Part shown: positions 37,401-50,257 of the stretch, piece by piece
How positions within the stretch are numbered: position 1 is the stretch's first letter
Layout: every line of letters begins with the position of its first letter
Assembly: GCA_964057225.1 (NCBI GenBank)
Contig: OZ059894.1
Span: 15,872,001 to 15,936,000 of the forward strand
Reading direction: 5' to 3'
Source of the DNA: Auanema rhodensis
Taxonomy: Eukaryota > Animalia > Nematoda
Length of the DNA: 64,000 nucleotides
Position numbers and translations under genes: made by a program
Notes under the pieces: model-generated
The model's database searches: none
What the model saw: the letters and a program-made list of their open reading frames with translations, nothing else
Told to the model about the DNA's origin: nothing

Positions 37401-40400
37401 ATGAAGCCAATCAGAGAGATCATCAACTTGACGAACAAAGCGATGATATCTTCCAGCATCAACAAGCAGGGTACGGCGACGATTACATTCTTGAGCCAAG
37501 TTGTTATACGAAGTGTCAAGCTTTCCTTGACGGAGAGTGATCTAAAGAAAAGACAATCTAGTAATAACGAACTGGCTTGCTGACCTGATTGACATCGTGA
37601 TGATCATTCTGAATAAGAGCTTCCGACTTAGCTTTCAGCCTGTTAACTTCAGAATTGAATTCAGAAACTTCTTTTTCTAAAACAGCCAGACGGCGAAGAT
37701 TTCCTTCTGCTGATGATTGATCCTACAAAAAAAACAATGAGCATTATTAACACAAAGATTGCGTGCTTTTCCTGTTTCTTGGTTTGCAGCAACAGGTAAT
37801 TGATCACGGATCCATTGTTCTGCTTCACTAACTTCCATATAATACTCTTGGGCAGCGACAGCTTGAGCAAGTCGTTGCCTACGTCTCACAGCAGCATCCT
37901 ATTATTAATATGTTCATTTTGAATAATGAGAAAAAATATCCTTACTTTAATTGAAAGAACGGCACTTGTTAAACGGTCAATGGTAGCCTGAATTTGCTGA
38001 GATGCGAAATGTCGGTCCCGCACCATTTTGACTCCTTGAGCTTCTGTCTCTTGGAGAGGAGTTTGACGAGCGTCAAGTTCCTGAAAATTATAAAAAAAAA
38101 TACAAAACAAAAATAATTAAGTTTACCTTCTCAAGAGCAGTATGTTTCTTCTGTAAGCTGACGGCTGAGTGAAGAGTTTCTCCACAATCTAAACTCTTAG
38201 CAAGAGGAAGTTTATCCGATAACCATTCAATTTCTTCTTCAGCCTTGGCAGACCATTCGTACAATTTGAGAGCATCTTGAAGATTCTCTCTAAAACAAGA
38301 AGCAAATGTAAATTATATCTAAAAACAACAAACCTTCTTATTGAGACAGGATCTGCCAATGAGGAATAACGCAGTTGAGCTTGTTCTACTTGAGATAAAA
38401 TACCATCAGGTAAAGATGATGACTAAAATTAACATTGAAAATGTAACATGATTGCGGAGTACCTTATTTGTTAATTCTTTAGCTCTAACATTGATGTCAT
38501 TAACAGCATCCGATCTACCTTTAATTTCAGCTTCAATACTCTCAAGCTTCTTAATGAGATTTTCAACTGAAAGAACATCACGTCCGTGATCTTCAGAGGC
38601 AAGCTCGTTCTCAATTTTGTCTAGCCAGCATTCGATATCTTCCACCTTTCTATGAAGCATATGTGCGTCATAAGCTTCTCGTAAACGTTGAGTTTTCAAA
38701 GCAGATTTTGATCGAAGCTCATCCCATCCACTTCTCAATTCAACCAGTTGAGCCTTGACCTGTTCGCTCATGAAATGCTTCTCACGAATGAGTTCATTTC
38801 CTTGTTCTTCTACAGTTCCAAGTCTCTTTTCATTTTCGATCAACTCTGAATCGAAGGCAAGATGTTTTTGGAGCTTCGAGCGTAAATTTATAGGATCCAA
38901 GTAAGATTCATCGTATGCCAGTTGTAACTTGGCAGTTATCCATGTGATGAGCTCACCACAAGATCGAATAAATTCATGATATCTCTTGCTTTCAATTAAC
39001 ATTCTACGCCTATTAACAGACATATCATTGAGAGTAGCGTTTCTCAGAAGTATCTCTTCGCATCTAAATGAAGGTTTATGTAACATCACATACTACACAC
39101 CATACCTAGCGGAAATATCTCCTTTGTACTCATTATCACTGGCTAAAAGAGAATCGGCATCGCGTTTTAAAATGTCAACCTTTTCACTTTGTTTTTTCAC
39201 AGTTTCTTCAAAAGCGTCATGCGATTTAATTAACATCTACAAATCAAACAAATTATGCTTTATAAAAACATTATAGTACCTGCACAGCATCAGCGTTATC
39301 TCCGAGATCACCTTGTTTGAGAATGTTTTCCTTATCGATAATCCATTGCTCTGTCAAACTCGCTTGATCGCACCATAAGAGCCATTCAAGAATGCGCTGG
39401 AGAGATGATTTCTCGCCTTCCCAAGTTTGGCGAAGCTGATGTTCAGAATTTTGAACCCTCTTATGCGCTCTTTGAACTTCGTGCTTGTGTTCTGGTTGCT
39501 CAGCAATAAGTCGTTGGCCTTCTTCATGAAGTTCTTTGAGTTCATCCTGAAAACAATTTTTCGTTATTACATTTTTTGAAAAAATGAAAAAAAATATACC
39601 TGTCGGCCATCAATTTCAGCTTTTCTTTCTTGATGTTGTTGAATTAGTTGGCGTGCAGCAGCACTAGTTCTAGGAGATTGGTAAGAAGACATCTTACTGC
39701 GAAGTTGACTAGACCATTGTTCAGCTTTCTTCACATTATCAAGATACTTATGTAACTTGTATCTGAAGAGATTATCCAAAATTATTTAATTATAATATCA
39801 TTTCTCACGATTTATCAAGCTTATCATTTCTGAGCTGAGCCGCATCACTAAGTTGTTTCCAGCTGTTTTCCAACTTCTTTAAAGAATCGAGAATAGTGTT
39901 ACGAAGAGGTGGTTTCTATAAATGATTTAATTACTAAAAATAGAGTTATGACAAAAGTACCTTCGATAAAATAGCCTGAGCATCCTTGTCGTGGGCAATT
40001 AACTTTTGGTGGATAGCGCTCATATCTCTCTCCAGTGCAGTTTGCTTTCGTAGAAGGGCGTCAACACTAATAAAATAAGTTACAAAATAAATTTGCTAAA
40101 ATTATTACGATGAGAAGTCTCGTCCATAGTCATCACTGTTCATCGCTACGATCTTTTCATGAATTCTTTCATTTGTGTCATCCACATCTCTGTTGAAAGC
40201 ATGAACTTCCAAAGCAGCTGTTAGGTCATGACGGTAAGTGTTCAATTTTCCTTGCAGTGACAGCCACCTATGAAAGCGAATATAACTTTGATATTTTTAT
40301 TTTCTCATACATCTGGTTAAGTTGATGTTGTTGTTGTTGAACCTCTTCACGACTGGATCTGCCTTGACTAACAAGCTTTTCCCCGAGACGGTTGATTTCC

Positions 40401-43400
40401 CTTAACGTTTGCTCATCTACAGATGTATCAGCGGCGGTGCCATTCAAACGCTCTATCAAAATCTTGCAATGCTCCAAATCTCTTCCCATTTCTCCGGCTG
40501 ATACCATAGACTCCTTTTCTCTAATCCAGAGAAGGACACGGTCAACCTAAAACAAAAGAGATCGATATATATAATAGTTAATATACATACCAATTGGCGG
40601 AAGCTAAGAAGATCTCTGAATTCTTCTAAAGCTCTGGACTGGTCGCTACTAGCATTTGAAAGTAGATCCCATCGGGATTGAAGATGTTCGCATCTTGTAG
40701 TGATCTGAACGACATATTAAGAACATTTTGACTTCACGTGACTCACATCAGCATGTCTATGTTTAGCATTTAACTCTTTTCCACGTTGAAGAACTTGATC
40801 AACTTGATGTCTGTTAGAGGAAAGTTCAGCTTCCAAGGCTTGATGTTTTTGTAGCAGCTTCATCTTATCTTCGACTGTAGTGCATTGACCTTGTCGCTCA
40901 TGCTCAGCACATATTCTAGAAGTGAATCAAAAATGAGTGCAAACAATTTATATCTTACCCCTTAAGCTTATCTTCAATCCAAGCATCCATATCAGCTACA
41001 TCACTGTCAAAGGCAGCTAAACTGTAAGCATCATTGAGCACCAAGCGATGATGCTCTACATCTTCACGGACGGCAATGAGAGCATCTTGTACTTTTCTTC
41101 TCCAAAGTTCAATATTATTTTTTTCCATATGACGTGCATCAATTAAAAGTTTAGCACTGTTATCCAAATCGCGTGATCTATCATCCAAAGTTGATAAGGC
41201 CTTAGCGAAAGTATCCAAACGCTTCATTTGGTTTTCAACGTCAGAAACTGTTCCTCCGACAGCTAAGGATTTCAAGGTATTTCTCTTAGAAGAAATAGTA
41301 GCCAAAATCTGCTTTGCTTCTCGTTGGAATGCATGCCATTGAACCATCTGAGCAAGATAGCTGTTACGAATGTCCCATTCATTTCTTAATCTCGAAACAG
41401 CATTCTCGATCTATATTAATATTTTAATTATTTCAAACTAGAATCAATTTACCTGATCAATTTTATATTGAATCTCGTCCTTGGCGTAATGCTCAGTAGC
41501 GATCATTTTACGTCCAGATTGAGCCAATTTAGCAAACTCTGGCTCACGAGCATCAATCTCATTACTTAACCGTGAATGTTCCTAAATTTTCATTAAATTT
41601 ACTTCTTTCGGTTTCTATCTAACTTTTTGGAGCCATTCCGCTTGTTGAAGATCGTGAATTTGAACTTCTGGCTGCATGTCAGCAATAGTGACATCTGACC
41701 AGGCAATGAGATCTCGCACTTCACCGTTAAACCTTTCAAAATGCATGTATTAATAAGTAATAATCAAAAATTAGTCATACTTGTGCAGATCGTAAGCATC
41801 TCGAAGAGCGTCTCTTCTTTCGGCAGCAGCATCCTTCAAATCTTGCCATCCTTCAGCAAGTCGAGTTTGTTGGACAGCGATATGATCGGCATTTCCACCA
41901 GGATAAGCTTGCTTTAAACGAGTGGATTCTTCGAGAAGTCGGTTAAGACGTGGTTCCATGTTAACGATTTCGTGCTCAATAGCTTCGTGTTGCTGATATA
42001 GAGAATGAACCTATAAGAAAAAAGAATCAACCAATGCAATAAACTAAAATGTAATACCTGCTTCACATCACGCCCCAAATCTCCATTCATCTGCCCTAGT
42101 TTTTCAGCAACCCATTCTTCATGCTCTCCTACATCCCTGTTAAAGCAATGAAGCTCTTCGGCAGCATTTAGCTTTTGCTGGCGTGACTCGATATAATCGA
42201 GAAGAAGAGTCCATACCTGAATATTTTCATAAAAAAAGAGAACACGAATATTTCACATACTGATCGTAACTTTTCTTGCTTTTTCAAGATATCTCTTCCA
42301 AATGGTGGATTACGACGAAGGATAGAGTTAGCAGCAGCCTCACAAGATACAAACCGTTCACTTCCTGTTTTAACACTTTGTTTGAACTCTTCGAATTTAG
42401 ATTGAAGTTCAGCAAGATGCTCATAATCTTCTCCATAATCTTCACTCATAGCTGTATTCAGTTGTTCATTTATCCACTGTTCTAGATCGGCACTTTCGCG
42501 CATGTATTCAAACAGGCATACAGCATCTTCAAGGGCTCGACGACGCTCATCTGCCAGCTTGCTTAGCCGATCAAATTCGGCTTCTAGTTCCTTTTGACGA
42601 ACAATAAACCTATCCACATTAGGACGATTAGAGTTTAGAAGCTCATTGCATTTGCTAGCTAATTTCTCAAGCCATTGTTTGTATGTATGCATATCGTTCT
42701 GGAGGGCTTTATGTTTGGCAACTAATTTTTGAGCAGCGTCTTCATCAGTGCCATAATCTTCAGAAACTATAGCAGAACGTTTCTCATTCATCCAGGACTC
42801 AATCTGAAATAAATAGAAATAAGCCAAGAAATAAGAAAGCAAATTAACCTCAGCAGCATCAAACATATATTGATGTTCCTTAACACCCCAATCTACAATT
42901 TGACGACGACCTTTTACAAGTTGGTTAAGATTTTCCCAAGCATGAGAAAGCTGAAAATAATGTAACATAATTTCGAAATCTTCATAGCTCATTAATTTAT
43001 CACAACATTATCACTACATTTTTTACCTGTGCAGAATAGTTATTAAATATCTAAACATCTATTCTAGTCCATCACACAATATTATCAAAAAAACAAGAAA
43101 TATACCTCTTCACATTTAGCCTTGATATGCTGAGAAGCTCTGTGATCTCCACCAACCAAAGCAACGCCTTGTCCAATGGTGTTTTCAATATGTCCCGCAT
43201 GTTGATTTACTTCAGCTTCCAACTGCTCTTGTTTTTTAACGATATTAAGGGCTTCTGTTAAAGTACGTCCGGTATCTTCAGAAGAAGCAATTGGCTTCTA
43301 AATATATGTCGGTATAGAAAAATAATGAATATGGTAAATGCACCTTTTCAGCTATCCATTGCAACTCACAATCCACATCAAACGAAAGCTGGTGCCATTT

Positions 43401-44898
43401 TCGCGATTCCTCAAGAGTTGCTTTTCGAGCGGCAGCAGGTCCAGACAATTGATCAAAACTGAATAGAGAATTAATCAAAATTCAAAAATTTAATAATATA
43501 TACTTACCGGTTCAACAAAGCATTAATAGTTGAATCGATTCTATCAGAATCAAAGTGGCCTTGGTCAGCCATTTTCTTTCCTTTAGATTGAATATCGGAA
43601 AGCTAAAATGTACTAAATTACTTCAAAAATTCAAAGGTAAGACATACTCTTCTTTTATGAATTGCCATTTCCTGCTCCAAAACAGCATGTTTCTGGATTA
43701 AATCCTTCACAGCTCTCAAGTCAGAACCAAGCTCATCTGATCGTAGAGCTGTTTCAATTTCATCCAATTTAGCGTGAGCATCTTCCAAAATTCTGTTCAA
43801 CCCTTTTTGGTCAGCGGCCTGGCGTAATTTCTCTCCCTTATGTTGAACAGCCTTTCCTAAATCTTCCCATTGAGCATTAACACGCTGGACAAGCTTCTCC
43901 ACAGAGGAAGATTGAGGATGCTGCTTATTGATCAATGAATTTCCATCCTATAAGGAAAAAAACATTAAAAGTCTAAGATTTTTATACTTACCCTGTTAAG
44001 CTTGTCAATTCTATCCTGGTTAGCTCCAACTTCAGCTTCGAATGCCTCATGCTTCAAAAGCTTGTTATTAATTGTAGCAAGATCTCGGTGGGATTCATCC
44101 GTAGCCATTCTTTTCTTTTCCATAATCCAAGCTGACATTTCCTCAGCATCCCGACGTAATTCCTGATACTCCAGAGAAGCTTGGAGCTGTCGACGACGTT
44201 CACCAGCTAACCGCCGAACGGCTGCCCGACGAGAAAGGACTTCGTTTCTTCTGTTGTCAATATAACCGCTTTCGGAATGATGGGCATTAATAAGTTCGTT
44301 TGCATTTACTGAGAACGCTTCCAAACGAGCTTCTTGAGCATCCAATTTAGCTTCTAAATCTCTATGACGTTTAAGAAGATTTTCCACTGATTCCACAGAA
44401 TCTCCAAGATCAGCGTAGTCAAGGAAAGCTTCGTGACCCTTAGTAGTGGCGTCAATGCGCTCTGCTTCGCGGTTGAAAAGTTGAAGATCAAGGTGTTCCT
44501 TTAATCGAGCATCACGATGACGATACAAGTCCTAATAACTCAAAATTATAGATTAAACTTCTAATAGATTCCAACCTTAAGGGAAACCATCTCATTAGCA
44601 AGGATACATAGCTTGTCTTCGACTTCCCCCAAACGTGAGTTTTTATCAAGTAAACGTCGCCCAAGCTCGTGGACGTACTCAACCTGTCAAAAAATATATA
44701 AAACATTTAATTTCCGGTGCCAACCTCATATTTTTTATCCTTAATTTGTTCCCCAAGTTCATAATGTTTTTTCAAAAGCTCCTCAGCTTCTTGAACATCG
44801 ACTGGTCTAACGTCCTGAGCAAGCACAATCTTAGTACGATCAATCCATGTAAGTACACTTTTCAAAGCAGAATCAAACATTTCTTGGCCTGAAAATTA

Positions 44899-44929
<31 letters not shown>

Positions 44930-47900
44930 TTAACAAACCTTGAGTCTGTTCAGCATTTTTGATCTTATCTCCAGCACCGGATAGAAGTCGAGCATATTGG
45001 TTCTTCAATTCTCGAATACGTTGATCAATCATTGCAGCTTCTTCAGGATGATCCTTTCTAATCTAAAAAAACAAAGAATAATCTCGATAACTATTTTTCT
45101 CCACAAACTCTATCAGCAAGTTCTTCCAAGTTGCGGATAGTGTCTTCCAAAGGTTTCAGATCTCTTTCCAGGTTCTGAAGACTCTTCAAATCCGGATTCT
45201 TATCCAATCCTTCAGATTTCATCTGAAAAAGATATGAATGCTCAATCAATCCAAAGTAAGAGTAGTTACCTGCATCCAGCTACTTGCTTCAGCACAAGAA
45301 GATTCGAAATCAGCTACTCTTTCGGTAGCTTCTAAGCGTAACCCTCTCATTTTGCGAAGACGGTCAATTTCATTCCAAAGGCCATTAACCTTTCTCTGGC
45401 GAGCCTCAATTTGTCTTACTTGGCCATGTCCTTCTCCAATAAGTTCTTCAGCCATATCATTTATGCATTTAAGCTGAGTTCCACCATTACTCTTCAAGAA
45501 ATAATTCATTTCAATTTTCAATCTAGATGAGTAAACCTTAATATCAGCTTCGATTTTATCAAAGCGCCGACGGAATGCTTGAACGTGTTCAACAGTTGGC
45601 TCATCGGAGAGAGCTAATTCAGTTTCGCGAGCCCAAGTTTCAAACTCGTCGCATTCTCGGTAGAACCTGTACAGAAAACATTTTTAGGTTTTTAGAAAAA
45701 AATGATAATTTTTACCTCATCAGTTTAATGTTATCAGTTAGAAGGCGTCTACGAACATTAGCTAAATCGTTCAACTGACGGTAATCATTACTAATCATCT
45801 TTTGTCTCTCAAGAATAGCTCTCTTTCCATCTTGTTGGTCTGGGCCTTTCTTTGAAGTTTGGGTAACAGTAACCTTAACCAAACATATTTAAGCTATGAA
45901 CTGCTTCAAGTCTCACCTTCTCGCCAGGAACAATACGACAATAATTAGCAGGTACATAACCTTCAGAGCCATCTTGTTTTAAAACTCTCCACCATTCAGC
46001 AGTAGATTTTTCGAGTAGTGCAAGAATTTCTCCTTTTGTTACATTCATGCCATTCCCTTCATACTTGTACACCATCTCTAACTGAGGTACAGTGATATCC
46101 TCTGTTTCCGGGCTAGTGGTACTAGCAGAAAACAAAGTGCTGTTTGCTAGAGAGGCAGACATTTCTTCCAAGCGAACCATATCCGATCTGTAAGCATGAA
46201 CTTCCTCTTCAAGTCGAACATGACGTTGAAGAAGAGATTCGGCAGCAGCTTCATCGCGCCCCAAGTCGTCAGATTTAACTAGCGGCATTTTCTCACGAAT
46301 CCATGATTCAGCTTCATTAGCATCCTATAATACATCGTTACTATGAATTCTATATTTAAATAGTACCTGGAAGTACTGTTGTCCTTGACGTGCTTCATTA
46401 AGCCACTGCCCAAGAGCTTGAACAACAGACCGTAATCTTTCCCAAGACGTTTGGAACACAGATATGCGTCTCATTATATCTTCCTTAGATTGGCCAGCTT
46501 GTATTAATCTTTCTCCAGAATTTATTAGATCTTTGCTACGAGCCCAGTGAAGTTGCATATCAGTTTCCACATTCTTTACAAAAAAAAAGAATAAGTATTA
46601 TGCAAAAACAATTTACCTTGTATAAGAGGGTAATTTGATGAACAGCTGAAACATCCCCACTAGAAAGTGCTCTATTACACAATTCTTCCTTTTCTTCCAG
46701 CCATGCCATTTCTTCACCATGATCTTGAATAAATTGGAAAAGTTCTTTAGCCTTTTCTAAATTAGAACGACGGGATTGGCATAATTCCACCAATCTGAAA
46801 TAATTAGCCATATTTATATAACTCAATGTAATACTAACGTATGATATTGTGATGTCAAGTCATTCAGTTTTCTTTGAAGGAAGTCATGCTGCTCTCCTTT
46901 GTTTCTGATATAGGTAATAGAATCCTTTGTGACATTCTGAAGCCATGTGCCCTGAGCATTTATTTGAGCCTCAATTAATTCATGCTTTCCTATTAAATCC
47001 TCTACTCCGAGTAAGTGTTTTCCAACATCTCTGTTACAAACCAGAGGCTGGAAAAATAGATATAAACTCGATAAATCATATGCAGCGTACCTCAAGATGT
47101 TTCAATTCGCTTGATAAAGTATCGATATCTCGAAGAAGAGTCATTAAATCATTTAGGTTCATCAGAGCACGACGACGCTGATCCAAAAGAGAAAGAAGTT
47201 GGGTCCATCTGCTCGTAAAATAATACATATTGAGAATAAAATAACTCAACACCTTTCAATGATATCTCTTTCAACAGATCGAATCTTGTCGGCCTCATGA
47301 TATTTCTCTTTTGTTAATTCGACACACATCGAAGACAACAGTTTAAATCTTTCTTCCTAAATTACGTAATTTTCGTAAAAATCGACTCTTCTGTTACTCT
47401 GGCAAGAATATCAGTAGCAATGGCTTGTTGTTTTTTCACAGCATTTTCTACTTCGTTTGCACTGCGTCCATGATCCATTGACTCAAGAACAGATCTAACA
47501 TTCACCAACCAACCCTATAATAGAGATATGAATAAATGACACTAACAAAATTAAACACCTCTCTGAGCTTAGCCTTCTTGTGGAAACGTTGAGCCATTTG
47601 TTCCAATCGTTCTTGCCTAAATTTGGAAACTGCAGATTTGAGCAAAAGTTATTCGTACCTCTGAAGCTCTGCAATGATCGCCAACTGCCGGTTATTTTCT
47701 GCTCTATCAAGACGTTCCCATGCACTTTCAATATCATGCATAAAAAGACCTTGTGGTGGAACGTAAGGCTTACGACCCATTGCTTTTCTTTTCGTTTGAA
47801 TGGTAAAGAATAAAGCTTCCAGTTCTCCTTTCTCCTTGTACTTGGGAGGCTTATCCACAGTACGGAAGTTATTAAAATTAATGTGTTCTTCACGCATTCC

Positions 47901-50257
47901 TTGTAGAGAATTGGGGAACCTAATTTTCAAGATTCAAAGCTTTCCTAATATTTTTTAACAAACTTTCTGTCATCTAAAGTTCTAATAGTCTCATTGATCC
48001 AACTCAAAAGATCGGAAGAAATATGTTCATAGTCTTCTTCGAGATTATCACTGTTCATAAGTTTTCCGACAATCTGAAAATTTTACATATCAAAGCAGGA
48101 TCAATGATTTTACATACGTTGGCAACACGTCTTGCTCCAGTCATCTCTGTTTTTTGTTTAGCAAAATAGTGGTAATACATGGAAACATAAGTAATAATAG
48201 ATTTTTCATCTGGTCGAGCTAAATCAACATCTTCGGCATCTAGCAAACGCTGCAAAAAGATAAAAATAACTTTAAAAATAGTAGAGCAACATACAGCAAT
48301 TTCTAATTTTTTCTCTGCAACATCAAATGCATTATTAAGATTTCCAATATGATCATTGGGATTAAGAGCATCAAAACTTATTAAATCAGGTCTAAAAAAT
48401 TACAATTGAGTTTTGTTTTGCTTTAATTGTTTTAACCTGTGAGCATGAATAAGAGCATTGAAAGCAAGTCCACTTCTCCAACTCGTTGTGAAGTTTTCGA
48501 TACGTACATTGGAATAGCCCAACGTTTTACGTTGACACCAAAGGAGCAAAGCATCCTTGGCCTGTCTTCTCTCTCCTCTCTCTTCTTCATCCTAAAAAAC
48601 GGTAATTTAGGTCAAATACAGTCTTGGATGGTAGCAAACCTCAATAACGATAGTATCAATTTGGAATCGTAGAATGATAGTCCAAATCAAACCAAGAATT
48701 AATCTCTCATTTTTATCCAGAATATCTTCAGCACCAATATTTTCAAGCTGAAATATTAAAATTGACAATGAAACTCCTATAATTGACAAATGGCCCCTTT
48801 CAAAATCTGAGATATAAACCAAGCCGAAAATCGTTTCTCTATCTCTCATTTTCGTATAGAGTACAAACATCACGTAACCCAACTGTGGACACCGAAAACA
48901 CGATTGACACCTCACACTTCGAGTGAAAAAAGCTGCACACTCGAACTGACACAAAGAAACGAGGAAACAAACCTGAATCTTGTGTTTCTTCAAGAAATCC
49001 AGCACTTTGTTTAAATTTTCAATTTTTTGAACACGCATACGACCTCTGCAATTTTACTTTTATGTTTTTGTTCTATTTTATCTCTAATACTCTACCTGTT
49101 AGGCTTTCCAAGCTTTTCTCCTGAGATAATTTCTAACAGCTTCATGAGAAGAACACCATCTCCAACATCGACAAAGAGGTCGTTTATCTCTAATCTAGCC
49201 TGAAAATAAATATTCATAACCCTTTTGTAAACATGTATTTCCCCTAAAGTTTTTAAAGAAAAAGTGAGCCTCGTTGGGAATCTCGAAACACAAGCCTGCA
49301 CACATCAATCAGAATAAGTGGTGCGATTTCGCGTATAACAAAAACAAGCATCTGTCAATATTGAACGATCAGGCCTAATTGTAGCTATTTGACCTAACAA
49401 AGCTTGACGAAAAATGTATGACATTATTACTTTTTCGGCAACCTATCTTCTATTTTGTTTTAGATATTTCCCCTTTTTGCACTATCTCACAAAATCATCC
49501 TTATCCTTTAGACCCCTGCGCACAGATAAATACAATAGAGGAATGTAGAAAATTCGCCGACCGACCGGAAGACTATATCTATCCTTTCATCTGCCCCATT
49601 TGACAGACAGAACGGTCAATATTACTAACATGAATAATTAGCAAAACATAAAGCGAATACAAACCCGATTAAGATAAGAGTTACACCACTTTGTGAAAGT
49701 CTTCTTCTGAATATGAACGCGTTCATCCTGAAATAGAAATTAACAAAATGATCAAAACAAAAAAAAACCTGGAGCTGTTTTATTCTACTTCGCTCAAAAA
49801 ATAAAGTTTCATCATGATATTCTTCGTCGTCAATTCTGGGAGAAGGCGCAGATCCCTGAGGTGTACCAGGAGTTCCTTTTGAAACAGGAACACGATACTT
49901 AAATGTGATAGTTATTGAATTAATTCACATAATAACACTACCGGAATTTCGTAGTGTCGAGACATGGATTGCTCTCCACTTAGATCGTCGAAGTTAATAG
50001 TACTTCTACTGGATGCGATCTCACCTCGCCAGCCACAGGCTTCGTCTAAACAATTAACTTTAAATAAAGGTAATGAAAACTACTATAAATTCCAATTAAT
50101 TCACAATATTACACATCAATATTAAAAAATTAGAATAAAGAAAGTAGAGAATACAACTTAGTAGCAAAATCAAAGTATATGAGTACATACCTTCCAAATT
50201 TTTAACGGTTTTACCCTCCCCGGGTGAATAAATTGCGGCAGAATACACGTATGACAT
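34453..50257 (-). CDS. sma-1: Beta-heavy spectrin (>50 exons): tandem CH domains, spectrin repeats, internal SH3, C-terminal PH
   Basis: [49 protein letters not shown]3 (EWWRV...EGYVPANY), many Trp-containing spectrin repeats, PH end MLEWVAKI. Plausible start MSYVYSAA at 50257. Confidence 0.95.
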
